Below, piece after piece: positions 45,768-54,681 of a stretch of 64,000 bases of DNA. The DNA is from a virus. The DNA is taken from IMG/VR virus record IMGVR_UViG_3300042691_028844, positions 22,581 to 86,580 of that record; one strand, 5' to 3'. The position numbers and the translations under genes are program-made. Under the pieces are notes generated by a model that made no database searches, was not told where the DNA came from, and saw only the letters and a program-made list of their open reading frames with translations. How positions within the stretch are numbered: position 1 is the first letter of the stretch; every line of letters begins with the position of its first letter.

Positions 45768-46167
45768 CCAAGATTCTTTTATCGATCGTCTCATCCACGG
45801 AGTCTGAGTCGAGCAGGTGAATACTTAGACTAGCGTCGTTTACCATTACTACTACTGGTGTAGTGTTATTTTCGTTTTTTTCAATAACGTTTAATAGCTT
45901 CTGTAAGAACTCTTTTGTTTTTTTATCCATCATTTCTTCTGCTACCGTAATATCCTTATATATCTCTTTTACATCTAGATAGATAGATCTGTTTGGGTAC
46001 TCTAAGTTGAAAAATAAGGCTCCCAGTCCTTCGGCTTTCCTAAACTCAGAGTACAGCGTAATGATGTCGCTAACGATTAGCTTCACTGCGCTCTTTGCTA
46101 TTCTGTTTTGAACTTCAGAACTACTGAACAGCTTCTTAATGAGTTGTTCTGCGCGATCGAGTGCCAT
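45748..46167 (-). CDS. hypothetical protein
   Basis: Likely start MALDRAEQ. Confidence 0.65.
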   Translation of the reverse strand: MALDRAEQLIKKLFSSSEVQNRIAKSAVKLIVSDIITLYSEFRKAEGLGALFFNLEYPNRSIYLDVKEIYKDITVAEEMMDKKTKEFLQKLLNVIEKNENNTTPVVVMVNDASLSIHLLDSDSVDETIDKRILDATSSN

Positions 46168-46168
46168 T

Positions 46169-46486
46169 TTAGTTTGCGTAATTAGAAAAAGAACCCCAAG
46201 CATCGGAAAGTATACGAGACAAATTAAAACGGTAGTTAGAGATGTTCCTTTCATCGGGGTCAAGTTTACAGTAATGCACTCGTTCAACTAAACCGGATTT
46301 GCCTTGAGACACGATGCCCTGGTAAACGAGCTTATCAATTGTAACGGCTTTGACTCCAAGCGCTTCAGCTACTTGTTTTTTGGTCACTAAAACAGCAGGT
46401 GCGTTATCATTTTGTCTAGACGCAATAACTTGTAACGATAAATCGATGCTCTGTAGAATTTGTGTGATTTCTTTAAGTGATTCCAT
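46169..46486 (-). CDS. HTH DNA-binding protein
   Basis: VTKKQVAEALGVKAVTIDKL...L.ERVHY. Confidence 0.7.
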   Translation of the reverse strand: MESLKEITQILQSIDLSLQVIASRQNDNAPAVLVTKKQVAEALGVKAVTIDKLVYQGIVSQGKSGLVERVHYCKLDPDERNISNYRFNLSRILSDAWGSFSNYAN

Positions 46487-46501
46487 AAGAGAAAGGTGTG
46501 G

Positions 46502-46622
46502 GGCCGCCTGATCACCGGAACGTCCGGCAATCAAGATCGCTTACGTCGCGCAGGAAAGGGCGAAAACTGCACGAGCCCCATAGTACTGTTTGCAGGCCCT
46601 TCTTACCGCAAACAGCGAGCTC
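46502..46622 (-). ncRNA. candidate cis-regulatory RNA with kissing loops
   Basis: Three hairpins; loop GAAGGGC is complementary to loop GCCCTTT. Confidence 0.5.
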
Positions 46623-46625
46623 AGT

Positions 46626-47051
46626 TTAAACCTCTCTTAGCCATTGCGCATCTGGTATTTTTGTGAAATCTACCTTTCTCCTATTAAATCCGCTAGTTAC
46701 AACTTTGTTTATGGTTGTTTTTTCAAACCGTGAGCGCTTATGAGCCGGATTTACACAGGTTTTATCCGTGCAGATCGGTTTTAAAACAGCGTTAGCTATG
46801 TCACCTTTATAGAAAGCATAAAGGAGATTCTCTGTTTTAAACGTTCTGTTATTCACTTTAATTTTGTGTCTGTTTACGTACCAGCAGTTTCCTATCACCC
46901 GCTTGGACGATTTCACAGACATAAAAAGAGCCCTTAGTTCGGGCTCCATGTCAGCTAAACAAGGTTCGATGATTGGTTTGTTTATCTCGTTTACGCAAGT
47001 TGGACAAACTGTAGTGAACCCTGTGTGATTTTTGTTCTTAACGCACTTCAC
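46626..47051 (-). CDS. HNH/His-Cys Zn-loop-like protein
   Basis: NCW...C.DKTCVNPAH. Confidence 0.6.
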   Translation of the reverse strand: MKCVKNKNHTGFTTVCPTCVNEINKPIIEPCLADMEPELRALFMSVKSSKRVIGNCWYVNRHKIKVNNRTFKTENLLYAFYKGDIANAVLKPICTDKTCVNPAHKRSRFEKTTINKVVTSGFNRRKVDFTKIPDAQWLREV

Positions 47052-47476
47052 AACAGTTGTTCTAGGCGAGGAACGAAATCGATCGGGTCTTCAATCAAAA
47101 GATGAATCAACGTATCGATTTTATAGGTAAGTTTGTCGTCACTTTGATTGCGCTCATTTAATAGTAACCAGTAAGTATATGCGTTAAGCAAATACATATG
47201 AGTCTGCTTAGCCCTAAGAGCTTGAGTTTTCCACTTTTCGTACTCAAAGCTTGTCTGGTGCCGGCTATTTCCTGTCCTCAACTCCAGATCTCTAATTTCG
47301 ATTTGTAAGCTGATATCGTCCATAGTGTATTTCAAGGACGAAATTTTAGCCTTACACTCAGACAAACTATTGGGTTGCTCGTTATCGGTATAGATCCACA
47401 TAGGCAGATTTTCGATAACATATCTGGAATCCCAGAGCGAAATTTTTTGCTCGACAGGCGTGGGGGAGATACTCAT
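47048..47476 (-). CDS. hypothetical protein
   Basis: Coupled ORF. Confidence 0.7.
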   Translation of the reverse strand: MSISPTPVEQKISLWDSRYVIENLPMWIYTDNEQPNSLSECKAKISSLKYTMDDISLQIEIRDLELRTGNSRHQTSFEYEKWKTQALRAKQTHMYLLNAYTYWLLLNERNQSDDKLTYKIDTLIHLLIEDPIDFVPRLEQLL

Positions 47477-47703
47477 AGTTTTAATGTGTGTTGAATAAGG
47501 GTGTTGTAGCTGCCGTTAATTGCGTACAACGTGTGACTTTCAAAGTCTACCCTAATAACAATGTTAACACTCATCAGTTGTCGTAGGGATCTTTGAAGTC
47601 TGTCTTTGGGTATGTAAAATTCCTCACGAAGTTCAGCCGCCGAAAGCGGTTGCTGGAATATTAACAGCCGCAGTAACTCATCGTGCCGGCGGATTGCCGC
47701 CAT
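47473..47703 (-). CDS. winged-HTH protein
   Basis: LL....PLSAAEL......RLQRSLRQL....IV. Confidence 0.65.
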   Translation of the reverse strand: MAAIRRHDELLRLLIFQQPLSAAELREEFYIPKDRLQRSLRQLMSVNIVIRVDFESHTLYAINGSYNTLIQHTLKL

Positions 47704-48359
47704 TCTTTTTGAATTAGTTGAATTGTTCGCACTGAGATTTTCTTTTGATACTTGGTGTTTATAAGTTCGACGATCGCTTTTGTTTTGATGTTCTTCTCCA
47801 GCCATGTTGTAATGTCTTTCTCCATTTGAGGTGTTATTTTTTTAGCTGGGCTTTTACCTAGCATCATATGTAGAGGGTTTAGGCAGGCCAGATCGCCGCA
47901 AGTCGACAGCACATGATCCTCCGACCCTAGGTCTGCCCCGTGGTAAGCCTGGTAAACGCACCGTTTAGGGCGCATAATTTGACCTTCTGAAACAAATCGC
48001 TTCAGATTTTCGGGTAGATAAAGGTGAGAGTCCTGATTAAGTGCGAACCGATTACGGCGAATCCACGCTTCTACTAATTGTGATCTGGATTTACTGTTTT
48101 TAAATTCTTGTACGCAGATGTCGCAAGCTTCTAGCCCGTGCAGCGGGCTTGCCTTGCGCAAGTCCTTTGTGTGTACGGGGATCCGGGGGCTGCGGCCGCA
48201 CAAACACTCAAGCTCCGCCACCTCCTCCCAAAGCCGAACCCGAAAATTTCCTCTGACGTACGTCTCGCGTGCCAGCGTGGAGGGCACCGCAATCGGGATG
48301 GGGTCAAGGATCCCGAGGCAATAGGTCAGAATAGTCGTAGGTGTCATAGGCACATCCAA
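47661..48359 (-). CDS. Zn-binding HNH-like plus C-terminal HTH protein
   Basis: CLCG, CDIC, TCGDLACLNPLHM, ISVRTIQ. Confidence 0.65.
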   Translation of the reverse strand: MDVPMTPTTILTYCLGILDPIPIAVPSTLARETYVRGNFRVRLWEEVAELECLCGRSPRIPVHTKDLRKASPLHGLEACDICVQEFKNSKSRSQLVEAWIRRNRFALNQDSHLYLPENLKRFVSEGQIMRPKRCVYQAYHGADLGSEDHVLSTCGDLACLNPLHMMLGKSPAKKITPQMEKDITTWLEKNIKTKAIVELINTKYQKKISVRTIQLIQKEWRQSAGTMSYCGC

Positions 48360-48723
48360 CTTAGTCTCAGACTAGCACAGCGCACAGAGCGCACACAGTG
48401 TAGGGCTCAGCCGCTTCGGTTTCCTTTCTTTATTTTGGTCTTACTAAGGGAAAACCCTTAACCGAATTTCGTTTTTTAGGTGTTTTTAAAAAATCCAGTG
48501 GTTTGGCGGTTTTGTAGCTCGACACATTTATTTTAACGCGTAATTATATTTTAAACTATTTATAATACGCTGTTAAAGCGAATTTTGCGTTAAGCGGGAG
48601 AAATTTAAGGCTTATTTTTCAAGCACAGTTTTCTGAACCCAACGTGGCCTACAGTTCTTCGTCCTTTTGTTGCCTACTGCTGATCTTCTTGAATTTCTGA
48701 ATTTCTTTTGGTATTGTTAACAT

Positions 48724-48915
48724 ATGGACTCCAGATTCATCGTGAACTCCGACCTCACTGGAACCCGGAACTTAAATGAAGTTCCTGATGACGAATTTTG
48801 GTCTGAATGCCGCAGACAGGCTGTCACGCTCAATATTCCTGCCTGGATGATTGCTGAGCAGTCTTTTGTTCACGGTAGGGTTGACGACAGAGCTGCCAGC
48901 CAGTATCGTGCGTAA
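48724..48915 (+). CDS. hypothetical protein
   Basis: ORF. Confidence 0.6.
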   Translation: MDSRFIVNSDLTGTRNLNEVPDDEFWSECRRQAVTLNIPAWMIAEQSFVHGRVDDRAASQYRA

Positions 48916-48930
48916 AGCCATGCTTTAAGT

Positions 48931-49287
48931 ATGCTTTCTAGTAACAACTTGACTGTGCATAATGTTTGCCTCCGTCGTGAAAGATTTGAGCGTATGTACT
49001 CACTGTGCTTGGAGGGCAAGTCTTACTCAGAAATAGGCAAAGAGTTCGGCATAACAAAAGAGCGTGTTAGACAGGTCTTAAATAAGTACGCTACGGAAGA
49101 GCAGTTTAAGCAAATTCGAGAATCAGTTGAGCGGCGCACATTGTCATCTTGGTTTTGTTCCGAAATTTTGGCTCAGCTAGAAGCTGGACATACCTGTAGT
49201 CAGGTATCTAAAAATCTCGGGTGCCATATCGGCGTTGTGAAGCGCGTTTCGGCTAAACGGAGAAAGAAGCTGGCTGAAAATGGATGA
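48931..49287 (+). CDS. sigma70 region-4-like double HTH regulator
   Basis: GKSYSEIGKEFGITKERVRQVL. Confidence 0.8.
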   Translation: MLSSNNLTVHNVCLRRERFERMYSLCLEGKSYSEIGKEFGITKERVRQVLNKYATEEQFKQIRESVERRTLSSWFCSEILAQLEAGHTCSQVSKNLGCHIGVVKRVSAKRRKKLAENG

Positions 49288-49350
49288 GCTATACTTTAAG
49301 TGTTCAGCCTGATTATCTCCTGGACAACACAGTTTTGTCGTAAATAGCTC

Positions 49351-50211
49351 ATGAGTAATACCAATTATTCTCAGAGCTTTGAAGGCATTATTGACGCTTT
49401 AACCGACGTTATCTTCACCGTCAGCGGCGTGGGAACCACCTCATTTACATTATCGAGTCAAGGTTATCCTTCAAATTTTGCTGGTGTCGTTCAAGCAATT
49501 ACTGATTTAAACTATACGCTTAGTGGTGTTACAGGTGGCGGCGGGGGCGGAGGCACGCCTATCGCAGCTGGTTCGGGTATTTATCTAACTACGAGCGGCG
49601 CTGTTTCGATCATTAACTCGGCTATTACCAGTGCATCTGGCACAGTCTTTTCCGCCGGCTCTGGGCTTTATCTTGTTAACTCTACTGAGTTCAATATTAA
49701 TTATGATTCTGTATTCCAAAATTCAGTTTCTGGGCACGTTTTAGCTGCTGGTAGCAATACCGTACTTTCTAGTGGCAATGTGCTTACCGTTAGTGGTACG
49801 GATATTAGTTCTGTACGAACTTATGTTGCTGCTGAGTCGATCGCTTCCGGTCAGCCCGTGACGTTTGATGCTGGCGCACTGGTTGTTGCTTCCGCTGCTA
49901 GCGGTGTGAGTTCGTCTCGACATAATGTTTTTGGCTTTGCAGTCGATGCTGCGGCCGCTTCGGGCACCGTAACGATTAATTCCGACAATATCGTTACAGT
50001 GTACGGATCTAATATTACTGCAGACGCTCAGCTTACACCGGGAGATTCCTATTATCTCTCCAAGTTCTCAGGGCAGCTCACCAAGTACACAACTACGTCT
50101 GGCGCTATCTCGTTGGCGGATGGTTACGGTGCTTTGGTGTATGTTGGCCGTGCTTTAAGTCAGAATCAACTTGAGGTTGAGATTCAGCCTAAAATCATTC
50201 TGACTGAGTAG
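49351..50211 (+). CDS. SG-rich fibre/virion protein
   Basis: 14 SG; C-terminal AAESIASG.PV...LTPG..YYLS...VG.ALS pattern. Confidence 0.75.
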   Translation: MSNTNYSQSFEGIIDALTDVIFTVSGVGTTSFTLSSQGYPSNFAGVVQAITDLNYTLSGVTGGGGGGGTPIAAGSGIYLTTSGAVSIINSAITSASGTVFSAGSGLYLVNSTEFNINYDSVFQNSVSGHVLAAGSNTVLSSGNVLTVSGTDISSVRTYVAAESIASGQPVTFDAGALVVASAASGVSSSRHNVFGFAVDAAAASGTVTINSDNIVTVYGSNITADAQLTPGDSYYLSKFSGQLTKYTTTSGAISLADGYGALVYVGRALSQNQLEVEIQPKIILTE

Positions 50212-50215
50212 TTTC

Positions 50216-50503
50216 ATGGCATTAAGAACACCTCTTATCTTAATTAGCGGCGGTTTCTCTCAGCTTCCCGTTGGGGACACGGTTCCGGGTACAGATACCG
50301 CAGCACAAGCCAGCGGTAACGCAGCCCTTAGTCTTGCTTCGACGGCACTTGCTAGTGGTAACTCTGCCCTCGTGGTCGGGACAACAGCGCTCTCCAGCGG
50401 TAACGCTGCTCTTAGTCTTGCCGCCACTGCTTTAGCTAGTGGAAATGCGGCTCTGGCGCGACCTGCTGGCGCCGAGGTCACGGATACTTTATTACTTCTG
50501 TAA
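50216..50503 (+). CDS. fibre segment with 14-aa ASGNAAL repeats
   Basis: Four A[QL][AS]SGN[AS]AL repeats. Confidence 0.75.
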   Translation: MALRTPLILISGGFSQLPVGDTVPGTDTAAQASGNAALSLASTALASGNSALVVGTTALSSGNAALSLAATALASGNAALARPAGAEVTDTLLLL

Positions 50504-50506
50504 CTC

Positions 50507-51241
50507 ATGCCGTTTCGTCGCACTTCTGTTCGGGCTAGTAAGGGTAGCGGATTCTATTTGCCTAAAGCTTTTCGTGTGACGGGGAGTCGGTCAACGGGAA
50601 GTCCGACTGATCCGAATTTTTCCAGCGTCTCCCTGCTGCTGCACATGGACGGCAGCAACGGGAGCACAACGTTTACAGACAGCAGCACAAATGCACTCAC
50701 GATGACATCCACGGCTGTTGTAACAACAGCTCAGTACAAGTTCGGCACAGGGTCTGCCGACTTCCAATCTGGATCCAAAGTCATTGAAACGCCAGCCAGC
50801 TCCCTATTTAATTTTCCCGGCGATTTCACTGTTGAAATGTGGGCACGCTGGAGCACAACAGCAGGCGCAATCTTTTACCGAACACTATTTACGCTAGGAA
50901 ATTATACAGACGGCATCTTGTTCAGGGATGATCAAATGTATGTCAACAACAACGTAGTGGCCAGCAACCTTGGCTTAGATGATGACAACAACTGGCACCA
51001 TTATGCTGTTGCGCGCTCTGGATCATCCTTAAAGGCATTTAAGGATGGCACAGCATTTGCAACGGCCACCACCAGCGCCACTATAAATAGTGGCAGCGCA
51101 TCAATGCAACTGGGCAGATCACAGCACGCTACCGGCAGTGAGTATTGGATTGGGCAGATTGATGACCTCCGCATCACCAAAGGCGTTGCCCGCTACACCG
51201 CCAACTTCACCCCACCGACCGCCGCCTTCCCTGATTCTTGA
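50507..51241 (+). CDS. LamG/ConA-like receptor-binding protein
   Basis: SLLLHMDG, DFTVEMW, WHHYAV, GQIDDLRITKGVARY. Confidence 0.88.
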   Translation: MPFRRTSVRASKGSGFYLPKAFRVTGSRSTGSPTDPNFSSVSLLLHMDGSNGSTTFTDSSTNALTMTSTAVVTTAQYKFGTGSADFQSGSKVIETPASSLFNFPGDFTVEMWARWSTTAGAIFYRTLFTLGNYTDGILFRDDQMYVNNNVVASNLGLDDDNNWHHYAVARSGSSLKAFKDGTAFATATTSATINSGSASMQLGRSQHATGSEYWIGQIDDLRITKGVARYTANFTPPTAAFPDS

Positions 51242-51303
51242 TCTATTGCTTTAATTTGCTAGACTTAACTAAAGTCGTGTAGTTCCTTCATTTTCTTACT
51301 GCA

Positions 51304-51654
51304 ATGGCTAGACAATATACACGCCTCGCAAATATCCAACGTGTACCTAACGCTACTGGAGTTCTGTACACTAATCCTTCTGGCGTTAAGAGCTACATAA
51401 AAGGATTTTCTTTTTACAATGCCGGTTCAGCCTCAGGCACCGTGGCGATCTTTAACGTGCCTGACGTTTCTTTAGCCACTGGAATTCCAAGTTCAGGTAA
51501 TAAAATTACTGAAATTGTTCTTGCTAGTACTGAAACATTTTTACTTGAGTATCCGTATCCTGTTACCTTGATTGATCAGGGTGACAGTATTCAAGGTTAT
51601 GCAACTACCGTTTCTGATGTTACAGTGCAGATTCTAGGCGATACGGATGTGTAG
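51304..51654 (+). CDS. small fibre adaptor-like virion protein
   Basis: LYT.PSG...N...L..GDSIQG pattern. Confidence 0.7.
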   Translation: MARQYTRLANIQRVPNATGVLYTNPSGVKSYIKGFSFYNAGSASGTVAIFNVPDVSLATGIPSSGNKITEIVLASTETFLLEYPYPVTLIDQGDSIQGYATTVSDVTVQILGDTDV

Positions 51655-51665
51655 GTGTAATCCTT

Positions 51666-51932
51666 ATGCCTATACGTAGAACATCTAATCGCAGTAGTCA
51701 GGACACTGGTTTTTATACACCAGAAGTTTACAGCGATGTCGGTAGCCGAAATATTAATGCTCCCGTCGTTGTTGTCACGGAATCAAATGGCTACTGGAAC
51801 GATTGGAGCGACTGGAACTGGAACTCGCAGGAGCCATTTTTGTTTGTTGAAGACGCGGCTACTGATGATGCTGACGTAGGATTTGCGGCGTGCTTATACT
51901 GGAATTATATTCTCTACACTGATTGGCGCTGA
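51666..51932 (+). CDS. small Trp-rich protein sharing N-terminal peptide with 50507
   Basis: MPxRRTSxRxSxxxGFYxP. Confidence 0.65.
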   Translation: MPIRRTSNRSSQDTGFYTPEVYSDVGSRNINAPVVVVTESNGYWNDWSDWNWNSQEPFLFVEDAATDDADVGFAACLYWNYILYTDWR

Positions 51933-51935
51933 TCC

Positions 51936-52304
51936 ATGGCTGCTCCCAATATCAAGAGTGGATCGTCCGTCACGACGGTAACCGGCAAGACCGAAGGCTA
52001 CGCTGTTACTGCTAGCCTCGCTGCAGCGCTCACCAACAGCGCAGCCAGCGGCAAAGTTTTCAAGATCAACAGTGTCTACTGCGCCAATGTGGACGGCGCC
52101 GCAGCGGCCGACATCAGCCTCAGCTACTACAACGGCACCACAGACTTCTACCTGGCCAAGACCCTCGCCGTGCCAGCTGATGCCACGCAAGTGCTGGTAA
52201 CTCGTGAGGCGTACATCTATTTGGAAGAAGGCGACAGCCTCCGCGCCGTGGCTAGTGCCGCCAGCGATCTGGAGTTGGTCATCAGCTACGAGGAAATCAG
52301 CTGA
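51936..52304 (+). CDS. fibre adaptor-like virion protein
   Basis: MAAPNI...KIN....ANVDG...YLEEGDSL....ISYEEIS. Confidence 0.8.
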   Translation: MAAPNIKSGSSVTTVTGKTEGYAVTASLAAALTNSAASGKVFKINSVYCANVDGAAAADISLSYYNGTTDFYLAKTLAVPADATQVLVTREAYIYLEEGDSLRAVASAASDLELVISYEEIS

Positions 52305-53101
52305 TGCTCGGCTTCAATGGTGGGCTGTTAGGTACGCGCAAGGTGCCGACCGCTAACTCGGCATCTGGCCTGTGGTTCCAGAATGAGCAGAGCGTGGCCA
52401 AGCGTGCTGGGATTTGGCCGCAAGTCATCACCGATCCAACGGCAGGCTTGTCGCCGGTACTGTGGTACGACTTTGCCGATGAGACTAAAGTGACAGTCTC
52501 TGGAAGTGACATTACGTCAGTCACTGACAAAGGCAGCCGAGGGTGGACGTTAACTTCCTCATTTACAAAGCCAACTTATGTTACCGGCATCAACGGCAAA
52601 AAATGCTTAAATTGGGGCACAAGTGCTGCTCACGCTAATTTCATGTACAACAGCAGCACTACATCTACTACGATCGGCGAGGTGTATGTAGTTGTGGATG
52701 CAAGCTTTGGCGGCACCATAGGAGGTAGCGGTTACGCCGGCCTCTTCACTTCTTACAATGATGCCTGGTATATGCTCGGCGCTGGCGGAGCGCTTACCCA
52801 GTCGGGCACTGGGTTCAATCGCGCATATATCAACGGAGGCGCCAGCGACAGATACTCAAGCCTGTTTAGCTCGCCGTCAATAGACAATCCTGCAATCATG
52901 CGGATTAACAACTCATCGGACGCTACTTTTAATACAACTGGCGGGTTTGAAATCGGCAATGATCGCGGCAACTACGGACTAAATCGTGGATGGTCTGGCT
53001 TGATTGGCGAATACATTGTTTTTTCCTCCGTCCTGAACAGCACTGATCGAGACTCGCTGCAAGCATGGCTAGCCTTTAAGTGGGGCATCACACTGGTCTA
53101 A
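52304..53101 (+). CDS. receptor-binding protein paralog 1
   Basis: NGGLLG...SGLW docking N-terminus plus LamG-like domain. Confidence 0.8.
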   Translation: MLGFNGGLLGTRKVPTANSASGLWFQNEQSVAKRAGIWPQVITDPTAGLSPVLWYDFADETKVTVSGSDITSVTDKGSRGWTLTSSFTKPTYVTGINGKKCLNWGTSAAHANFMYNSSTTSTTIGEVYVVVDASFGGTIGGSGYAGLFTSYNDAWYMLGAGGALTQSGTGFNRAYINGGASDRYSSLFSSPSIDNPAIMRINNSSDATFNTTGGFEIGNDRGNYGLNRGWSGLIGEYIVFSSVLNSTDRDSLQAWLAFKWGITLV

Positions 53102-53103
53102 CC

Positions 53104-53517
53104 ATGCTCTACTCCCACCGCCAAACAGAGCCCGCCCCGTTGCCGCACCGAATCCGGTTTGCGGACGGATCAACGCGCACCGACAACTCCACCTTCACCG
53201 CCGACGAGCTGGAGCGTGCCGGCTACAGCGGACCTTACGAGCGCCCCGAGTGCGACTACAAGACCGAGACCGTGGACTGGGACGGCTCTGACTTCCAGGT
53301 GCGTCCCTATAACTTCGATGAGCTGCAAGAGCAACACGCCAAGGTGCGCCAGCAGCGCATTCAACTGCTGCAGGCCAGCGACTGGACACAGATCGCTGAC
53401 TACGATCTCGGCGCTGATCGCGTCGCCTGGGCCACCTACCGCCAAGAGTTGCGCGACCTCGCCGATGCACCCAATCCGTTTGACATCACCTGGCCGATGC
53501 CACCTTCCGTCAACTAG
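53104..53517 (+). CDS. tail fibre assembly chaperone-like protein
   Basis: R..LL.ASDWTQ..D...WATYRQELRDL...WP.PP. Confidence 0.88.
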   Translation: MLYSHRQTEPAPLPHRIRFADGSTRTDNSTFTADELERAGYSGPYERPECDYKTETVDWDGSDFQVRPYNFDELQEQHAKVRQQRIQLLQASDWTQIADYDLGADRVAWATYRQELRDLADAPNPFDITWPMPPSVN

Positions 53518-53519
53518 CC

Positions 53520-54305
53520 ATGTCTCCTGTCTTCGCTACAAACGGCGGCCTGTCCGGCGCCAAGCGCACAACCACCACCAGCAGCGCCCCAGGTGTCTGG
53601 ATGCTAGAGGAGCAGGCAGTGGCCAAGCGCGCTGGAATTTGGCCGCAAGTCATCACCGATCCAACGGCAGGATTGTCACCGGTTCTTTGGTACGACTTTG
53701 CTGATGAATCGACCGTAACTACCTCCAGCGGGCAGATCACGCAAATCACAGACAAAGGAAGTGCAAACCGCACGCTAACCAAGTCAGCAACTGGTCCGAC
53801 CTACGCAACAACAATCAACAGCAAAAAAGTATCGGATTGGGGCACATCAACCCATAGCAACTATTTGCGCAGCAGCTCCACTGCATCGCTGACAGTTGCT
53901 GAGTTGTACATAATAGCAGACAGCAGCGCTACCGGGAGCGTTAGCGGATACGCTGCGCTAATCACAAGTCTTAGCAATACAAACATTTACCTCAACGTAA
54001 CAGGGAGCGGGTTTGAGGGCCCCTATGGAATTGATAGAGTTTACCTTAATGGAGGGACAACAAATCAATTCAGTGACATTTTCCCCGAGATCGAAAGCCC
54101 ATGCTTACTTAGAGCAAACAAATCCGACCTAACCGCAATTACTACAACCAATGGCTTCCAGCTCGGCATGGATCGTGACAATGCTGATCGCGGATGGCGG
54201 GGTTTAATTGCTGAAGTCATTTGCTTTTCTTCTGTGCTTGGCAGCACTGATCGAGACTCGCTGCAAGCATGGCTAGCCTTTAAGTGGGGCATCACGCTGG
54301 TCTGA
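53520..54305 (+). CDS. receptor-binding protein paralog 2
   Basis: Near-identical domain ends to 52304, divergent middle. Confidence 0.8.
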   Translation: MSPVFATNGGLSGAKRTTTTSSAPGVWMLEEQAVAKRAGIWPQVITDPTAGLSPVLWYDFADESTVTTSSGQITQITDKGSANRTLTKSATGPTYATTINSKKVSDWGTSTHSNYLRSSSTASLTVAELYIIADSSATGSVSGYAALITSLSNTNIYLNVTGSGFEGPYGIDRVYLNGGTTNQFSDIFPEIESPCLLRANKSDLTAITTTNGFQLGMDRDNADRGWRGLIAEVICFSSVLGSTDRDSLQAWLAFKWGITLV

Positions 54306-54307
54306 TT

Positions 54308-54400
54308 ATGCTCTACTCTCACCGTCAAGCAGAACCCGCACCACCTTCACCGCTGACGAGCTGGAGCGTGGCGCCGCCGACTTTGACACGGACAGCTTCA
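54308..54400 (+). pseudogene. internally deleted copy of fibre chaperone 53104
   Basis: atgctctactctcaccgtcaagcagaacccgca joined to ccaccttcaccgctgacgagctggagcgtg. Confidence 0.8.
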
Positions 54401-54506
54401 GGACAACGCCGCTTTAGTCCTTGTTTGAACTGAATTTACTGGGGATTAAAAGCGTCGACAAATTTTTACTCTTGGAGCTAAACTCTTAGTAGATTGGTTT
54501 TTTGTT

Positions 54507-54680
54507 ATGGTCACACCCGATAAAACCGAAATGTGGGCAGCTATCGCCCTCTTCGTTCTCTCCGAAGTTGTCGGTATGTCTAAGCTTCGTGAGAACTCTT
54601 TAGTTCAACTTGCCTTCACTCTGTTACGGAATCTGTTTCCTGCTCAGTTAAAGATTAAGAAACCCAAAGCACCTAGATAA
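54507..54680 (+). CDS. small membrane protein, holin-like (not in track)
   Basis: AIALFVLSEVVGMSKLRENSLVQL pattern. Confidence 0.6.
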   Translation: MVTPDKTEMWAAIALFVLSEVVGMSKLRENSLVQLAFTLLRNLFPAQLKIKKPKAPR

Positions 54681-54681
54681 A

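Noticed and set aside
52304-54305. Diversity-generating retroelement TR/VR pair
   Set aside because: Differences are not adenine-specific, include indels, and no RT is present
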